DNA of 63,740 bases, filler included, from Octopus bimaculoides (lineage: Eukaryota), in NCBI RefSeq assembly GCF_001194135.2. It is 6 parts of 6 records of this genome, joined end to end, with 100 filler letters (N's around TTAATTAATTAA, not from the genome) between each part and the next. Parts side by side here need not be neighbours in the genome. Positions count along the whole stretch, not along the records: positions 29,036 to 42,167 come from NC_068995.1; positions 42,268 to 55,051 come from NC_069001.1; 4 more parts are not named here. One strand, 5' to 3'. A program made the position numbers and the translations under genes. Under the pieces are notes generated by a model, which searched no databases, was not told where the DNA came from, and worked only from the letters and a program-made list of their open reading frames with translations. Shown here one piece after another: positions 37,099 to 50,025 of the stretch. The first letter of the stretch is position 1; each line of letters starts with the position of its first letter.

Positions 37099-38559
37099 GG
37101 TGTGATAGGATGATTAAGCAATAGTTAGTTTAGTTAAGACAGGAAATAGAGAGTGAATGTAGGGATATTGTATTTGTAAATCCATTGTTTAGGCAGAATG
37201 GTATACATATAAGATTCCAATACCTTGTGAGTAAGATCCAATTGATTTTAAGATTGGTCATTGCCTTTGTAAATCCATTATTAAGATTTCAATACCCTAT
37301 GAGTAAAATCCAACAGTCTTTGAAATTGGTCATTCCAAATAGAGTTTATACACAGTGTTATTGAATCAAGGGTCTGTTTANNNNNNNNNNTTTTATTTTA
37401 TTGCCTTTGACTATTTATAGCATTCACGTTTAAACCTACAGAAAACACTGGACCTAACTATATTGACGTACAGTGAGGAAATTGTCATGACCTCCAGTCC
37501 GATATCTGATGAAAGCAGACCACTGTTTTCTTCACATTTCGTTTCCCTTATACGCTTTCATTGTGCACTGAACTTATTTTCTGTATACGTGGCTTCTGTA
37601 ATGGAGGTAGCGCAGAAGTTGAATCGCATCATTGATTTTCATGTCAGTTGCTTGACATCCTGCTTTTGTGGTTTTACAATAGTTGAACAACAGACATAAC
37701 TTTAATGTTGAATATACTGCAGAAATAAAATCTATCGCCCGTCCAAGCCATCACCCTCCATTTATCTACTACTGTTTACTCTTCTCCTTCTTTATTTCTT
37801 TCTTCCAATTTTTGTGTCACCATTTGTCTATATATTTCGAGATATTTGCAATCTGTTAAAGGTCTTCGGTGAGACAAAAGCCGAGGCCAGTATGTAAACA
37901 GCAGGAAATTGGTTATGTCAAGATTGTCTTACAGTGAAAGAATGGCAGACAGGAACGACAGAAAAAGAAACATAACAAGACAAAAAGGAAGTGAAATGAA
38001 ACATTCAAATAAACGTAGAAAAGAAGAGGTTGATTTAGAAAAGGAGAGACGAATAAAAATATAGTGTTGACAAAATATAGATAGCAGTGCAAGACAGAGA
38101 AATAAGGCGAAAACCACGCACAACGATGCTGTCCTACAAGGAAGCTCGGCCACTTACATTTGTACACTTGCGCGTGTGTGTGAGTGTGTGTGTGTGTGTG
38201 TAGGTTTCTCTATGAGAACATGTGTAGATATCATGTCTTTTCTGCCATTGTTTGTGTTTGACCGGTCTCCGTGCGTTAATAATTTAAGACTATTTAATCT
38301 CAGAAATTCTTTGAAATCTTCTTAGAAGACACAGGCAACAGAAACAATATTTCCAGATTTGCCAAAATTACTTTAAACGTGTCACTTCCGTCATTTTGTT
38401 ATCTTCCTTTTTTTTTTCCTTTCTCTCCGTTAACGTTTTGTTTTTGTTTTGTTTTTTCTTCCACATTTTTGCCTTTATTTTTTCTTTTCATATTTTGTTT
38501 AGATTCTTCATATTTTTGCATTGTGCTTTTTTTTTCTTTTTTACATTTTCTCTCCTGCA

Positions 38560-38923
38560 GTTATTTCCCTTTATATATATATATATATAATATTTTATTT
38601 TTATCATATATTATCATTACTACTACTATTAATATTACTATTTTTATTGTTATTGTTATCATCATTATTACTATTATTATTATCATAATCGTTATTTATA
38701 TTATTATCATATTTATCACTATTATCATAATATCTATTACAATTTCTGTTATTACTGTTACCGCTATTCTTATTAATGTTATTATCATTATAACTATTTT
38801 TCTTATTATTAATATTATTATTGTTATTATTATCATTATTATTACTATTATTATTATTATTATCATTTTTATTCGTATTATTATTGTTTATTATCGTTAT
38901 TATTATTATTATTACTACTACTC

Positions 38924-38975
<52 letters not shown>

Positions 38976-38986
38976 TACTACTACTC

Positions 38987-39058
<72 letters not shown>
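38560..39058. repeat. Long cryptic-to-pure (ATT)n low-complexity tract
   Basis: Degenerate ATT/ATC/ACT triplets grading into pure (ATT)n; source of the spurious 38379-39128 ORF. Confidence 0.9.
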
Positions 39059-39059
<1 letters not shown>

Positions 39060-39692
39060 TCTTTTCCTCTTTTGTTGATTTGTAATTCTTTTGTTTTCAT
39101 TCGTTGTTCATCGATAATTATGGTTTGAACTTTTTCTGTTCTATTTTATGTCTTACAAGTTGTTTGTCTTGTTTTGTCTGTTTGTCTTGTTTTGTGTGTT
39201 TGTTTTGTTTTGTGTGTTTGTCTGATGAAGGGAGAGTGATTATTCTTTATTTGTTGTTAATTTCTACTTTCTTTCTCTCATTTATTTTTCTTCCTCTTTT
39301 GTTTTGTTTTGTTTTTGTTTGTTCTTATAATACATTTTTTTTTCTATTGTTGTGTTTCATTTTGCTTTTGTTGATGCCCTGTATTGTCAAAATTATTGAT
39401 CCGTAATCATTTTATATTTTCATAGTTTTATAAACAGCTTGACTATATTTGCCGAAAGAGAGAGAGAGACAGACAGACAGACATGGACAGAGACAGACAT
39501 AGACAGAAAGACAGAGAGAGGCAGAGAGAGACAAAGAGACAGACAGATACTCGGGAACACTGACAGAGACTGAGAGAGCAAGAAAGAAGGAAAGAGAGAG
39601 AGATGCAAATACAATTCATAGAGAGAAACATTGTTAGATGAAGTGAATTGTATAACGAAACGGTAGAACCGGGAAATCATATATGTATATTC

Positions 39693-39723
<31 letters not shown>

Positions 39724-39889
39724 TTGCAAGATTTTTTATGTGAAATCGTGTGTTGAAACAGATGTTGTTGTACTTGGGGATGGTCATATTGCCAGTTTAG
39801 CCAATAAAAACACACGCACTGTATATTTGGTGTTAATTTTTTTTTTTTTCAGCTTTATATTACATTAATCTTAATCTTAATCTTATTTC

Positions 39890-39934
39890 GGCCAGAGTTC
39901 TTTCGTCACACTTCTGTGACCTCATCAGTGGTCC
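39890..39934 (-). ncRNA. Minimal type I hammerhead motif (core intact, CUC triplet)
   Basis: On -: GGACCA CTGATGA G GTCACA GAAG TGTGAC GAAA G AA C T C TGGCC; perfect 6-bp helix II; helices I and III very short. Confidence 0.55.
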
Positions 39935-40554
39935 TTTGTTTCCTTCTTTCTTATGTGTGTCTCACCNNNNNNNNNNNNNNNNNNNNNNNNNNNNNNNNNN
40001 NNNNNNNNNNNNNNNNNNNNNNNNNNNNNNNNNNNNNNNNNNNNNNNNNNNNNNNNNNNNNNNNNNNNNNNNNNNNNNNNNNNNNNNNNNNNNNNNNNNN
40101 NNNNNNNNNNNNNNNNNNNNNNNNNNNNNNNNNNNNNNNNNNNNNNNNNNNNNNNNNNNNNNNNNNNNNNNNNNNNNNNNNNNNNNNNNNNNNNNNNNNN
40201 TATATATATATATATATATATATTTGATTTTGTTTGTGTTGAAGTATCTGTAGATGTTTACCTTCATTTGCTTGTTGTTCTTATTTCACCAAGGTCAGCT
40301 TTGATCAAGCAGTTCTATAATTCAAAGACCTTCTCCAGCCGTGACCGTCTCATCTTAATAATCCGTGACTACATTATGCAATGTGTTTTTCCTCTCACCA
40401 GACTGCTCGTTATACTCTGATATGAATGAAATTTCAGTGCTATAATTAGCAGGGCGCGGGTGTCCACCAAGAATCTCCCCGTGTTGACCTACATTTGCCA
40501 TTGATGTTAGCATGATCGTTGTTGTTCTTGCTATTATCTATTATTATTATTATT

Positions 40555-40598
<44 letters not shown>

Positions 40599-40954
40599 TA
40601 TTGTTGCTATGTTTTTCTTCTTTCAATTTTGTTTCCATCGTATGCAGTTTCCTAGGGCAAAGCGGCTCACATTGGTAGGCCATTTAAATAAAAACGCCAG
40701 ATTATACATTTACAGAGTTAAGTTATGTGATAGACAAAAAAAAAACGAAACGAAAGAAAAACAAAAGGAAAAAAGGAAATGGAAAGAAAGAGGAAAAAGA
40801 AAAACGGAAAATACAAAATATAAAAAAGGAAAATACAAGAAAGAAAAAAGTAAAAGGTAAATAAAAAGAAAAAATTCACAGCGACAATGCTCTTTTCAAA
40901 ACGTGTGACGTACCTGTTAAAACAATCTTTTGTCTTCTTGCATATTATTATTGC

Positions 40955-41044
<90 letters not shown>

Positions 41045-41528
41045 GTGTTTGGCTTTTGCTTTGTATTTGTACAAGTTGGCTCCAAGTCTCAACCAGAGAT
41101 CTCAAGAGACAACAAGTTAGAAGTTCGTGTTGGTGTTATGCCTAGGGTGTCATATATTTGGTTTTGCACATAAGTATTGTTCCAGAGAATGTTTAAGGAA
41201 ACATAAGAAAATTATAAGATTGTTTTAAAATTTGAGATTACATAGACTGTATTTTACGTAGGATATGGGCAGTTCCGATGAGCACTATCTTTTGAATTTC
41301 TGCCATTTTTGGGGNNNNNNNNNNTATGGGCAGTTCCGATGAGCACTATCTTTTGAATTTCTGCCATTTTTGGGGTTTCCTGGTATCTGAGCTAGGTAGG
41401 AATCAGCTCCTTTTGCTATAATTCTTTTATTTGTTTCAGTCATTTGACTCCGGCCATGCTGAAGCACCGCCTTTAGTCGAACAAATCGATCCCAAGACTA
41501 TATATGTGTGTGTGTGTGTATGTATATA

Positions 41529-41574
<46 letters not shown>

Positions 41575-41644
41575 CTGTGCATAAATCTATTCCTCGCTTC
41601 TATATATTTCTCAATATGTTTTGTGTCCTTGTCAAAATGTGTAG

Positions 41645-41671
41645 CTTTTTCTTTTGTTATTGCAGGTGAGT
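41645..41671 (+). other. Acceptor immediately followed by a donor (CAG|GTGAGT), candidate recursive splice site or exon start
   Basis: CTTTTTCTTTTGTTATTGCAG (ends 41665) + GTGAGT (41666-41671). Confidence 0.35.
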
Positions 41672-42284
41672 GCAGGACTTGACTGGTGAATCTTAATCCA
41701 CCGACCATATCTTGTGAATCGCCAAAATAGAATTCATCACGAATCGATTTATTTGCATATACATATTCTTACCCGTAAGATATTAAAAAATCAGATTAAC
41801 CAACACACACAAACACACACACACACACACGCACGCACAAAGACACATGAACACACTCAGACTGACTCGTGCATACATACATATGTATGCATGTACGTGT
41901 GTGCGGATGGTTCAATGAATGTATGTATATATGTTTGTGTTTGTATGTGTATGTGTATTTCTATGCTAATGCGTTTCTGAATCTCAACGTTATGCAAATA
42001 ACTTTGTATCTTTATACGTATATATGCACACTTAACTAACTTGCATATGAATATATATACATATATTTACATAAATACACATACACACACGCACACACAC
42101 ACGCACACATGTAAATATGTATGCATATACATGCGCACACCCACATGCATATATATATATATATATANNNNNNNNNNNNNNNNNNNNNNNNNNNNNNNNN
42201 NNNNNNNNNNNTTAATTAATTAANNNNNNNNNNNNNNNNNNNNNNNNNNNNNNNNNNNNNNNNNNNNATATATATATATATATA

Positions 42285-42317
<33 letters not shown>

Positions 42318-42497
42318 AAATGGAAGATTGTTCATATACTATTTAGTTACACCAGCTTACACACCTTCATTAACAGAGAATGCTTATTAGTTATATAATC
42401 AGATTCCTTTGTCAATTCTTCAGGGAACCAGCCTGGAATTGAAAAGTCATCCACTGGCACAAACCCGTCTCTGAATATGAAATGGATGGTCACTTGA

Positions 42498-42821
42498 ATG
42501 GGGACTGCCCCATCTCAAGTCCTCCGAGTTCACCACCACAGCCACTGCAGAAAGAAAAATGAAAGACGATCGAATGGACCTACAAAGAGTATATATGCTT
42601 ATTACTATGCATTAGGCAGGCCATCTGAAGAGAAATACATCACACACTCTTATCAGATATGGAGAACACAAAATCAAGACAGCAGACCCTATTTGGATGA
42701 AAACAAGTTAGAAAATGCTAGGAGGGATATGTTTAGAAACAACAGACTCAGAGATAGTGAAATAACCACGATCATGCATGCAGCAGAAAATGACCTAAAA
42801 TATAAGACAGAAAGGAAATGA
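42498..42821 (+). pseudogene. R4/Dong-clade non-LTR retrotransposon N-terminal ORF relic
   Basis: YAYYYALGRPSEE...YQIWRTQNQDSRPYLDENKLENARRDMFRNNRLRDSEI resembles the N-terminal region of R4/Dong ORFs (recognised from memory); frameshifted upstream. Confidence 0.5.
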
Positions 42822-43074
42822 AGAATCACACAAAGTGAGCAACCTTCCACTAGTCTCAAGTGAAATATTGCAATCTGACCAGAACGCAGAGATGTCTGAA
42901 AACTGGTGCTAGCTTTTTTCTTTCCCCGTAACTTAGCATTTTGGCAAAAGAGATTGATAAAATAAGTAGGTAGGGTCGATTTGTTTCATTAATCCCTTTA
43001 AGGTGGTTCCCCAGTATAGATGCAGTTTGGTGACTGAAACAAATAAAAGATTAAAGAAGAAAATATAATGAGAA

Positions 43075-43248
43075 ACAGGTGCAGGCATGGCTGTGTGATA
43101 AAAAAAACTTGCTTCCCAACCACATGGTTCAGAGTTCAGTCCCACTGCGTGGCACTTTGGGCAAATGTCTTCTACTACAGCCTCAGGCCACCAAAGCCTT
43201 TTGAGTGAATCTGGTAGACAGAAACTGAAAGAAGCCCATCGTATATAT

Positions 43249-43279
<31 letters not shown>

Positions 43280-43621
43280 ATAATATTATTAGGGACAAAA
43301 TCCAAAATTACAGGTAAAAAACTCAATTAAAATCAATTTATAAAAAATTAAATTGAGCCTTATAGATAAAGTATATATAAAATATATATAGTTTTAGGGA
43401 AAATATATAGTTTTATGTGATAGTGGATTTTCATCGATGNNNNNNNNNNTATACGTACAGGTATGTGCATACAGACATCCACCTGTATGTATAGGTGCAT
43501 ATCTGGGTACAGGACATTGCAAACAAAACGTAGATGAGAAAACACACAAGCCACATAGAGAACATTCTACTTCATCAGCTACCCATGTTTTAACACCGGT
43601 GTTTCGAAGAGCTTGGGCAGG

Positions 43622-43660
<39 letters not shown>

Positions 43661-43900
43661 CACACACACACATATGCACATATACGTATATATGTATGTG
43701 TGTGTGTGTGTTTGTTTGTCCCCCCCCACCACCACCACCACTTGACAACCAGTGCTATGTTTATGTCTCCACAACTTAGGCAAAGAAACTGATAGAATAA
43801 GAACCAGGCATTAAAAATAAAACAAGTACTGGAGTAAAAATTCCTCAAGCTGGTGCCCCAGCATGGCCACAGTCCAATGACTGAAACAAGTAAAAGAAAC
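43075..43900 (+). mobile_element. SINE family B head (43075-43250) and tail (43700-43900) separated by inserted sequence
   Basis: Both halves are in the same orientation around microsatellites and an unrelated insert. Confidence 0.6.
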
Positions 43901-44570
43901 ATTCGATGATTGTCTAATTAAAGTAATGAGATGTGGGAAAACACTATTCCCAGCATGATTTCAATACTCAGTCTGTATACTTGTTTTCATTGGTGTTTAT
44001 ACTTTATTGAGAGTGCCCTGTAGATGCTGTATTATAAATGAGAAATAATGACGTAAAAATGGTGACATGTGTTTAAAAACAATGTTCTCTTTCTGTGGCA
44101 ATCTTTTCACCACAGAAATTATTAAAAGTAATACTCTTATTCAGCAATAAATTATTTTTTATATTTCTGTTTTATACTATTTTATACTATTTTATACTAT
44201 TTTACTATTTATCAACATGCTTCTCTGTTGCAGTCTTTTATATCAAAAATGTAAAATAGAGAGAAATGGCTTCCTATGCATTTTCCAAGTATAAAAATTC
44301 CATTTATCATCATCCTCATCATCATTATCATCACCACCTCTGCCATCGTCATCGTCAACATTGTTATACTATTCAATGTTCCATACTTGCATGATTCAGA
44401 AAGAATTCCTAGTGGCAGATATCTATGGTTGGACGCCCTTCCTGTCACCAATCCCCCATGTCTTTTCAGATGAGTTATTAGTTACAACACCGCTTAGATG
44501 ATGGTGTTTCTTATTTACAATACTGCACAATGTCAAGACAAGAAAACTCACACACACACACACACACACA

Positions 44571-44800
44571 CGGCGAGCTGGCAGAAATGTTAGCACGCCG
44601 GGCGAAATGCTTAGCGGTATTTCGTCTGCTGCTACGTTCTGAGTTCAAATTCCGCCGAGGTCGACTTTGCCTTTCATCCTTTCGGGGTCGATTAAATAAG
44701 TACCAGTTACGCACTGGGGTCGATATAATCGACTTAATCCGTTTGTCTGTCCTTGTTTGTCCCCTCTGTGTGTAGCCCCTTGTAGGTAGTAAAGAAATAA
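44571..44800 (+). mobile_element. SINE family C, full length (tail type 1)
   Basis: GGCGAGCTGGCAGAAATGTTAGC head; GAGTTCAAATTCC B-box; GGTCGACTTTGCCTTTCATCCTTTCGGGGTCGATTAAATAAGTACCAG resembles the Meta-SINE central domain. Confidence 0.9.
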
Positions 44801-45287
44801 CACACACAAATGAGTCTTTCTTCAGTTTCCCTCAGACAAATCCTTTCACAAAGCTTTGGTAGCACCTGGCTATTGTAGAAGTTATTTGCCTAAGATGCCA
44901 GCACCATGTAAAAATCATTTATGGTGGTGCCACCTAAAAGACACTCATGCTTGTTCCACATAAAAGCCACTGTTCCTGAGTCATGTAAAGAGTACCCAGC
45001 ACACACTATAGAGTGATTGGTGTTAGGAAGGGCTTCCAGCCATAGAAACCATAACAAAACAGACAATTGAAGGCCATCCAGCTCCTGTCAAATCACCCAA
45101 CCCATGTCAGCATGAAAATAAGACATTAAACAATGATGATGATGATGATGATGGTGCTAAACCAGTCTCTGGTTGGGTCGAGGGTATTGTAGAAGACACT
45201 TGCCAAGAGGCCACACAGTGGGACTGAATCTGGAACCATGTGGTTGTGAAACAAACTTCTTACCAAACAAGATGCCATTCAGTGAGA

Positions 45288-45460
45288 CTTAATGGATCCA
45301 TAGGCTACTAACAGACTTTTACACAGTGTACACAGAAATAGTAGGTTTTGGTCCAATTGGTTTTGTTTCTAATCTGAACTTACATGAGACCACATAGTTA
45401 CATATCCACTTCATTTGTCCATGGAGAAAAATATCGCTTGTAAAGTGTGTATAATAATTT
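45288..45460 (+). repeat. Left arm of a 173-bp inverted repeat
   Basis: Reverse complement of 47840-48012; the inner ~80 bp read as identical. Confidence 0.9.
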
Positions 45461-45482
45461 ACCAAAAATTGCCGAACATATG

Positions 45483-45634
45483 CTCAGGAGTGGCTGTGTG
45501 GTAAGTAGTTTGCTTACCAACCACATGGTTCCGGGTTCAGTCCCATTGCATGGCACCTTGGGTAAGTGTCTTCTACTATAGCCTTGTGAGTGGATTTGGT
45601 AGACGGAAACTGAAAGAAGCCCGTCGTATATATG

Positions 45635-45667
<33 letters not shown>

Positions 45668-45883
45668 ATATGTTTGTGTGTCTGTGTTTGTCCCCCCAAC
45701 ATCGCTTGACAACCAATGCTGGTGTGTTTACGTCCCCGTAACTTAGCGGTTCAGCAAAAGAGAGTGATAGAATAAGTACTAGGCTTACAAAGAATAAGTC
45801 CTGGGGTCGATTTGCTCGACTAAAGGCGGTGCTCCAGCATGGCCGCAGTCAAATGACTGAAACAAGTAAAAGATTAAAAGAGT
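45483..45883 (+). mobile_element. SINE family B, full length, inserted in an RTE remnant
   Basis: Complete head and tail; 5-bp TSD ATATG (45478-45482 / 45884-45888). Confidence 0.9.
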
Positions 45884-46944
45884 ATATGAGTCATCAGATG
45901 TAGTGTGCTGGTATGGTTGTGTAATGCATATGGGTGAGGACAGATGCATAAAGAAGCACCAATCCCTAAATGTAGATGGAACCCAAGACCAAGTGGTTTG
46001 TAAGCAAACTATTTAACCATACAGTGATTCCTTTATATACATTGAATACAAACATACACTAATCAAACTAAACAAACCAAAGAAAAAGAAGTCAATTTGC
46101 ATAACATATAAATACCATTTATTGGAGCTTATTTTAATCTAAAGTTCTGGACCCATGTATATTATCAATAACGTTAGTCTCTTAATAATATAATGAAGAA
46201 ACCATTCTTCTCTTTTAATTAAAGACTGTGAAATCTAAAGAAATGTTGAGACATTTTTTTTAAATGTTTCAGAAAATTTGAGAAGCATGTTTAGAAATGT
46301 AAAGTCTGTCATACAATTTACAGTTTAATTTATCAAAGTTCAACAGATATAAAGCCATGATGATTAATTAGTCATTTTAATTAAAATCTCAATGAAAATA
46401 AGTTCTTGACTCATTATGTCAAATGTAATAATAGTTAGTGTTAATGTGTATGTGTGTGTAAGTGTACATGTGTGTGTATATATATATGTGTATGTGTTAA
46501 TACTTCACTGAATGATGACTGAGTTACTCACCTGTGCAAACACCCCATCCTACCCATGTGGTATCCAATGGTATCCATGTGGTATCCAATACAACAAAGT
46601 GATGCTGCTAAATACATTATACTGTGGCCTGACACCAAGAGGATGACTGCTTCATGCCAACATTCTGTCCATATATGTGGGCCTCAGAATAAAGAAAAGA
46701 GCTGGTGTCACATCCAGTGCATAAATACCACATGACCTGAGCCAATCAATAGAAGCCTGATATCTAGAAACTATTTTGAATCGATCTCAAATCCTTTACT
46801 CTTCTCCAGATAGCAGATGAGACAGGCCCATCTTACGGGCCCACAAAACTTCAAGTTATATAGAGCTGAGCCTAAATGTTATTGAGCACCACTGTTTCAT
46901 TTGCCCACTCACTCAAGTATATAATTTTTTGGAAAAAGTTTAGC

Positions 46945-47001
46945 CATATATCGATCGATTTCAGGTTTAGTGATGTGATGCACTCTACCGTCATCAGTAT
47001 G
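46945..47001 (-). ncRNA. Type I hammerhead motif (core intact, AUA triplet)
   Basis: On -: CATA CTGATGA C GGT AG AGTG CATCACAT CACT AA ACC T GAAA TCG AT CGA T A TATG; helix I CATA/TATG, helix III is the perfect palindrome ATCGATCGAT; C.U mismatch at the base of helix II. Confidence 0.65.
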
Positions 47002-47164
47002 ACATAGCCAAAAGTACATAGTTATAAACATTTATACATACCATACGAACACAATATATCCATGTGAGAGATGAAGTAGTTTAGAGCCATTTAGCATCTT
47101 CTTCCAGCATATGGCATTACCTCATATTATAATTTCATAATTATATTCATAAAATTATATACTT

Positions 47165-47200
<36 letters not shown>

Positions 47201-47839
47201 TATATATATGTATATATATATGAGGCTAGCTTCCTTCAGTTTCCCTCTACCAAATCCATTCACAAGGCTTTGTCAGCCTGAGACAACTATAGGAAAAGAC
47301 ACTTGCCTAAGAAGCCATGCAGCAGGATAGAATCCAAAACCACAAAGTTGGAAAACAAACTCCTAAACCACACAGCTCTGCCTGCACCTCTCTGCTACCT
47401 GCCCATCAAGTGAAGTATGAACTGTGACATTTTAAAATCCTTTCATAGTACTAGCAAATGCTCTGTTACCAAACACATGACTCACCAACGATGTGAAGTC
47501 CTAATATGTTGTGGCTATACACCGCTATAAGCTATTTCTTTCCTTAGCTACATGATGTAGTTATATGTGCTCTGATGAAATTCCTATTAGAATACAAGAC
47601 TGTGAGGTCATTCTGCCTTCAATTCATGTTGAGATGCAAAAGACATTAATTTGCACTTGTCTCTATGTATATGATTACACATCACAGAGATTGCTAAATT
47701 TATATTGTTTAACATTTAGTATAACCAACATTACATAACAGATTATCCAATATATGCTATTTCTTGCATCGTTTAATTTAATTGATTTTGTTGCCAACTA
47801 AAGTACTCAGAATATCCAGTATAGAAAAGTTTGATTACA

Positions 47840-48012
47840 AAATTATTATACACACTTTACAAGCGATATTTTTCTCCATGGACAAATGAAGTGGATATGT
47901 AACTATGTGGTCTCATTTGAGTTCAGATTAGAAACGAAACCAAGTGAACCAAAACCTTCTATTTCTGTGTATATTGAGTTAAAGTCTGTCAGTAGTCTAT
48001 GGATCCATTAAG
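47840..48012 (-). repeat. Right arm of the 173-bp inverted repeat
   Basis: See 45288-45460. Confidence 0.9.
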
Positions 48013-48356
48013 GTGAAAATTGTTGCTGTTTCTGTAGTATTTAAGAGACTGAAAGTAGGAGACTTCTTTCTGAACAAGATGGAACTCTATCACAGGGTGC
48101 ACCATCCAATTAACTGTAGCACTTATATATAATTATAATAATAATTATTAAATAATTATTACCAAAAGAAATTAGTCTTCTTTCTCTCAAAGTGAAGATA
48201 ATTTCAAATTATCAAGAATCTATTATCGTTCATATTTAATATAACTTTATTAATCTTTGTTGTCCAAATTCATGTAGGATCAAGACATGCATATATATTT
48301 ATATATTATTTACATTATTATATAATTGAATGCCACACATCCATTTCCAAGTAAGT

Positions 48357-48427
<71 letters not shown>

Positions 48428-48431
<4 letters not shown>

Positions 48432-48815
48432 GCACAGGCATGGCTGTGTGGTATGAAGTTTGCTTCCCAACCACATGGTTCCAAATTCAGTCCCACTGCA
48501 TGGCATCTTGTACAAGTGTCTACTACAATAGCCCCCTCCCAACCAAAGCCTTGTGAGAGAATTTGGTAGACAGAAACTAATAGAAGCTTGTATACATATA
48601 CACATATATATGCATATATATTTATGAGTGTGTGTGTCTTTGTGTTTGCAATTTTCCCCCACCACTGCTTGACAACTGACGCTGGTGTGAAGAGACTAAT
48701 AAAATAAATACTAGGCTTACAAATAATAAGTCCTGGGATTGATTTTTTCAACCATAAAACCATTTAAGATGGTGCTCCAGCATGACTGCAGTCAAATGAC
48801 TGAAACATGTAAAAG
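48428..48815 (+). mobile_element. SINE family B, full length, diverged
   Basis: Head, microsatellite and tail all present; another head at 47220-47390 (-) and a tail at 50215-50445 (+). Confidence 0.8.
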
Positions 48816-48832
48816 AATAAGCGCATAAGAAC

Positions 48833-49260
48833 TGTTCAGAGGCTTATTGGTAACAAGGAGCTTCTCGCTGATAGTGAAAGGTAGAGTGTATGGCGCTTGT
48901 GTAAAAAGAGCAGTACTACATGGTCACGAAATGTGAAAGCAGGGGACATTTGAAGGCTTCAAAGAAATGAAGCTTGTATGCAGAGTGCATGTACATCAAA
49001 GTGTAACTGTGCTGATAAAAATATTGCCGAACATAAAAGGCATCAGATGTAGTGTGTTGGTATGGTTGTGTAATGCATATGGGTGAGGACAGATGCATAA
49101 AGAAGCACCAATCCTTAAATGTAGATGAAGCCTGTCGAAGAGAAAAACACAGGGAGACAGAGGATGAAATGGTGGAAAAGGACCTTCAGATGTTGAGCCT
49201 CGTAGAAGAGATGACAAAGGATCAGGATGATGGTGATTGCTGTGTTTGAGAATGTCTGTC
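48833..49260 (+). pseudogene. RTE LINE ORF2 C-terminal relic
   Basis: KGRVYGACVKRAVLHG...WYGCVMHMGEDRCIKKHQSLNVD...VEKDLQMLSLVEEMTKDQD matches the RTE post-RT region; frameshifted. Confidence 0.75.
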
Positions 49261-49876
49261 CATTTAAGTAAAACTGAGGCCCCAAAGGCAAGTCATTTAT
49301 GTCTATGCCCCTTTCCTACACAATTCAGTTCACCTTCCTAACAACCTTTCCTCCCTCCACTCATGTTCCTCACTTACTGCTTAAATCTCCTTTCTATATC
49401 CCCCTCTTCTTTCACATTCTTGCAAACATACCTATGTACAACTTGTACTTGATGAGTCTCTGTCCCGCTCTTTCTCATTTCTTTTGCAATCTTAAGAAAT
49501 CATTTATGTGCCTTTTGGCTGAGATCATATATTGCATGTGTGTGTGTAATACTCAGAATCATGCAAACACATATATACTTGCAATACATGCAAGAGATCA
49601 CACATTCAACCAGTTAAAATGCTGTCTACTACTTACTTCAATGCCGTTGTATTTATCAGTATATGTCACTTTCTTACAGTATTCTGTTTGACTTTGTTTG
49701 AAAGCTCTCTGACACTTATTGCATTCCTTAACAAGTTACCTATGTTTGTGAAATTATTGTGAGGCACATAGCATGTAACACCTTGTATAAATGGTTGGTA
49801 ATCTTACTTAATTTAAGTTAATTCATGCTGACATGTTCTGGGTTTATAAACTGTCACACATAAAATAGTATTAGTA

Positions 49877-49907
<31 letters not shown>

Positions 49908-50025
49908 ACACACACAAACACACGCAGGTGAGCACATGAGTGCAAAACTAGATAGAGAAAATAGTACTCAAATACCAAAGGTAGAGTAATATATTTTTTA
50001 TTAAATCTGCAAAATTATCACTGAG

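Noticed and set aside
38379-39128. 249-aa ORF and other long poly-I/Y/H/CV ORFs (e.g. 19521-20150, 24724-25302, 35039-35596)
   Set aside because: Translations of microsatellite or low-complexity tracts, which lack stops for compositional reasons.
41264-41375. 51-bp tandem duplication
   Set aside because: The exact copies flank a 10-N gap, typical of unmerged overlapping contig ends.
43560-43625. Type II hammerhead in a small repeat family (also ~18975-19045)
   Set aside because: GAAA, a palindrome and CTGATGA occur in type II order, but no helix I hairpin forms in either copy.
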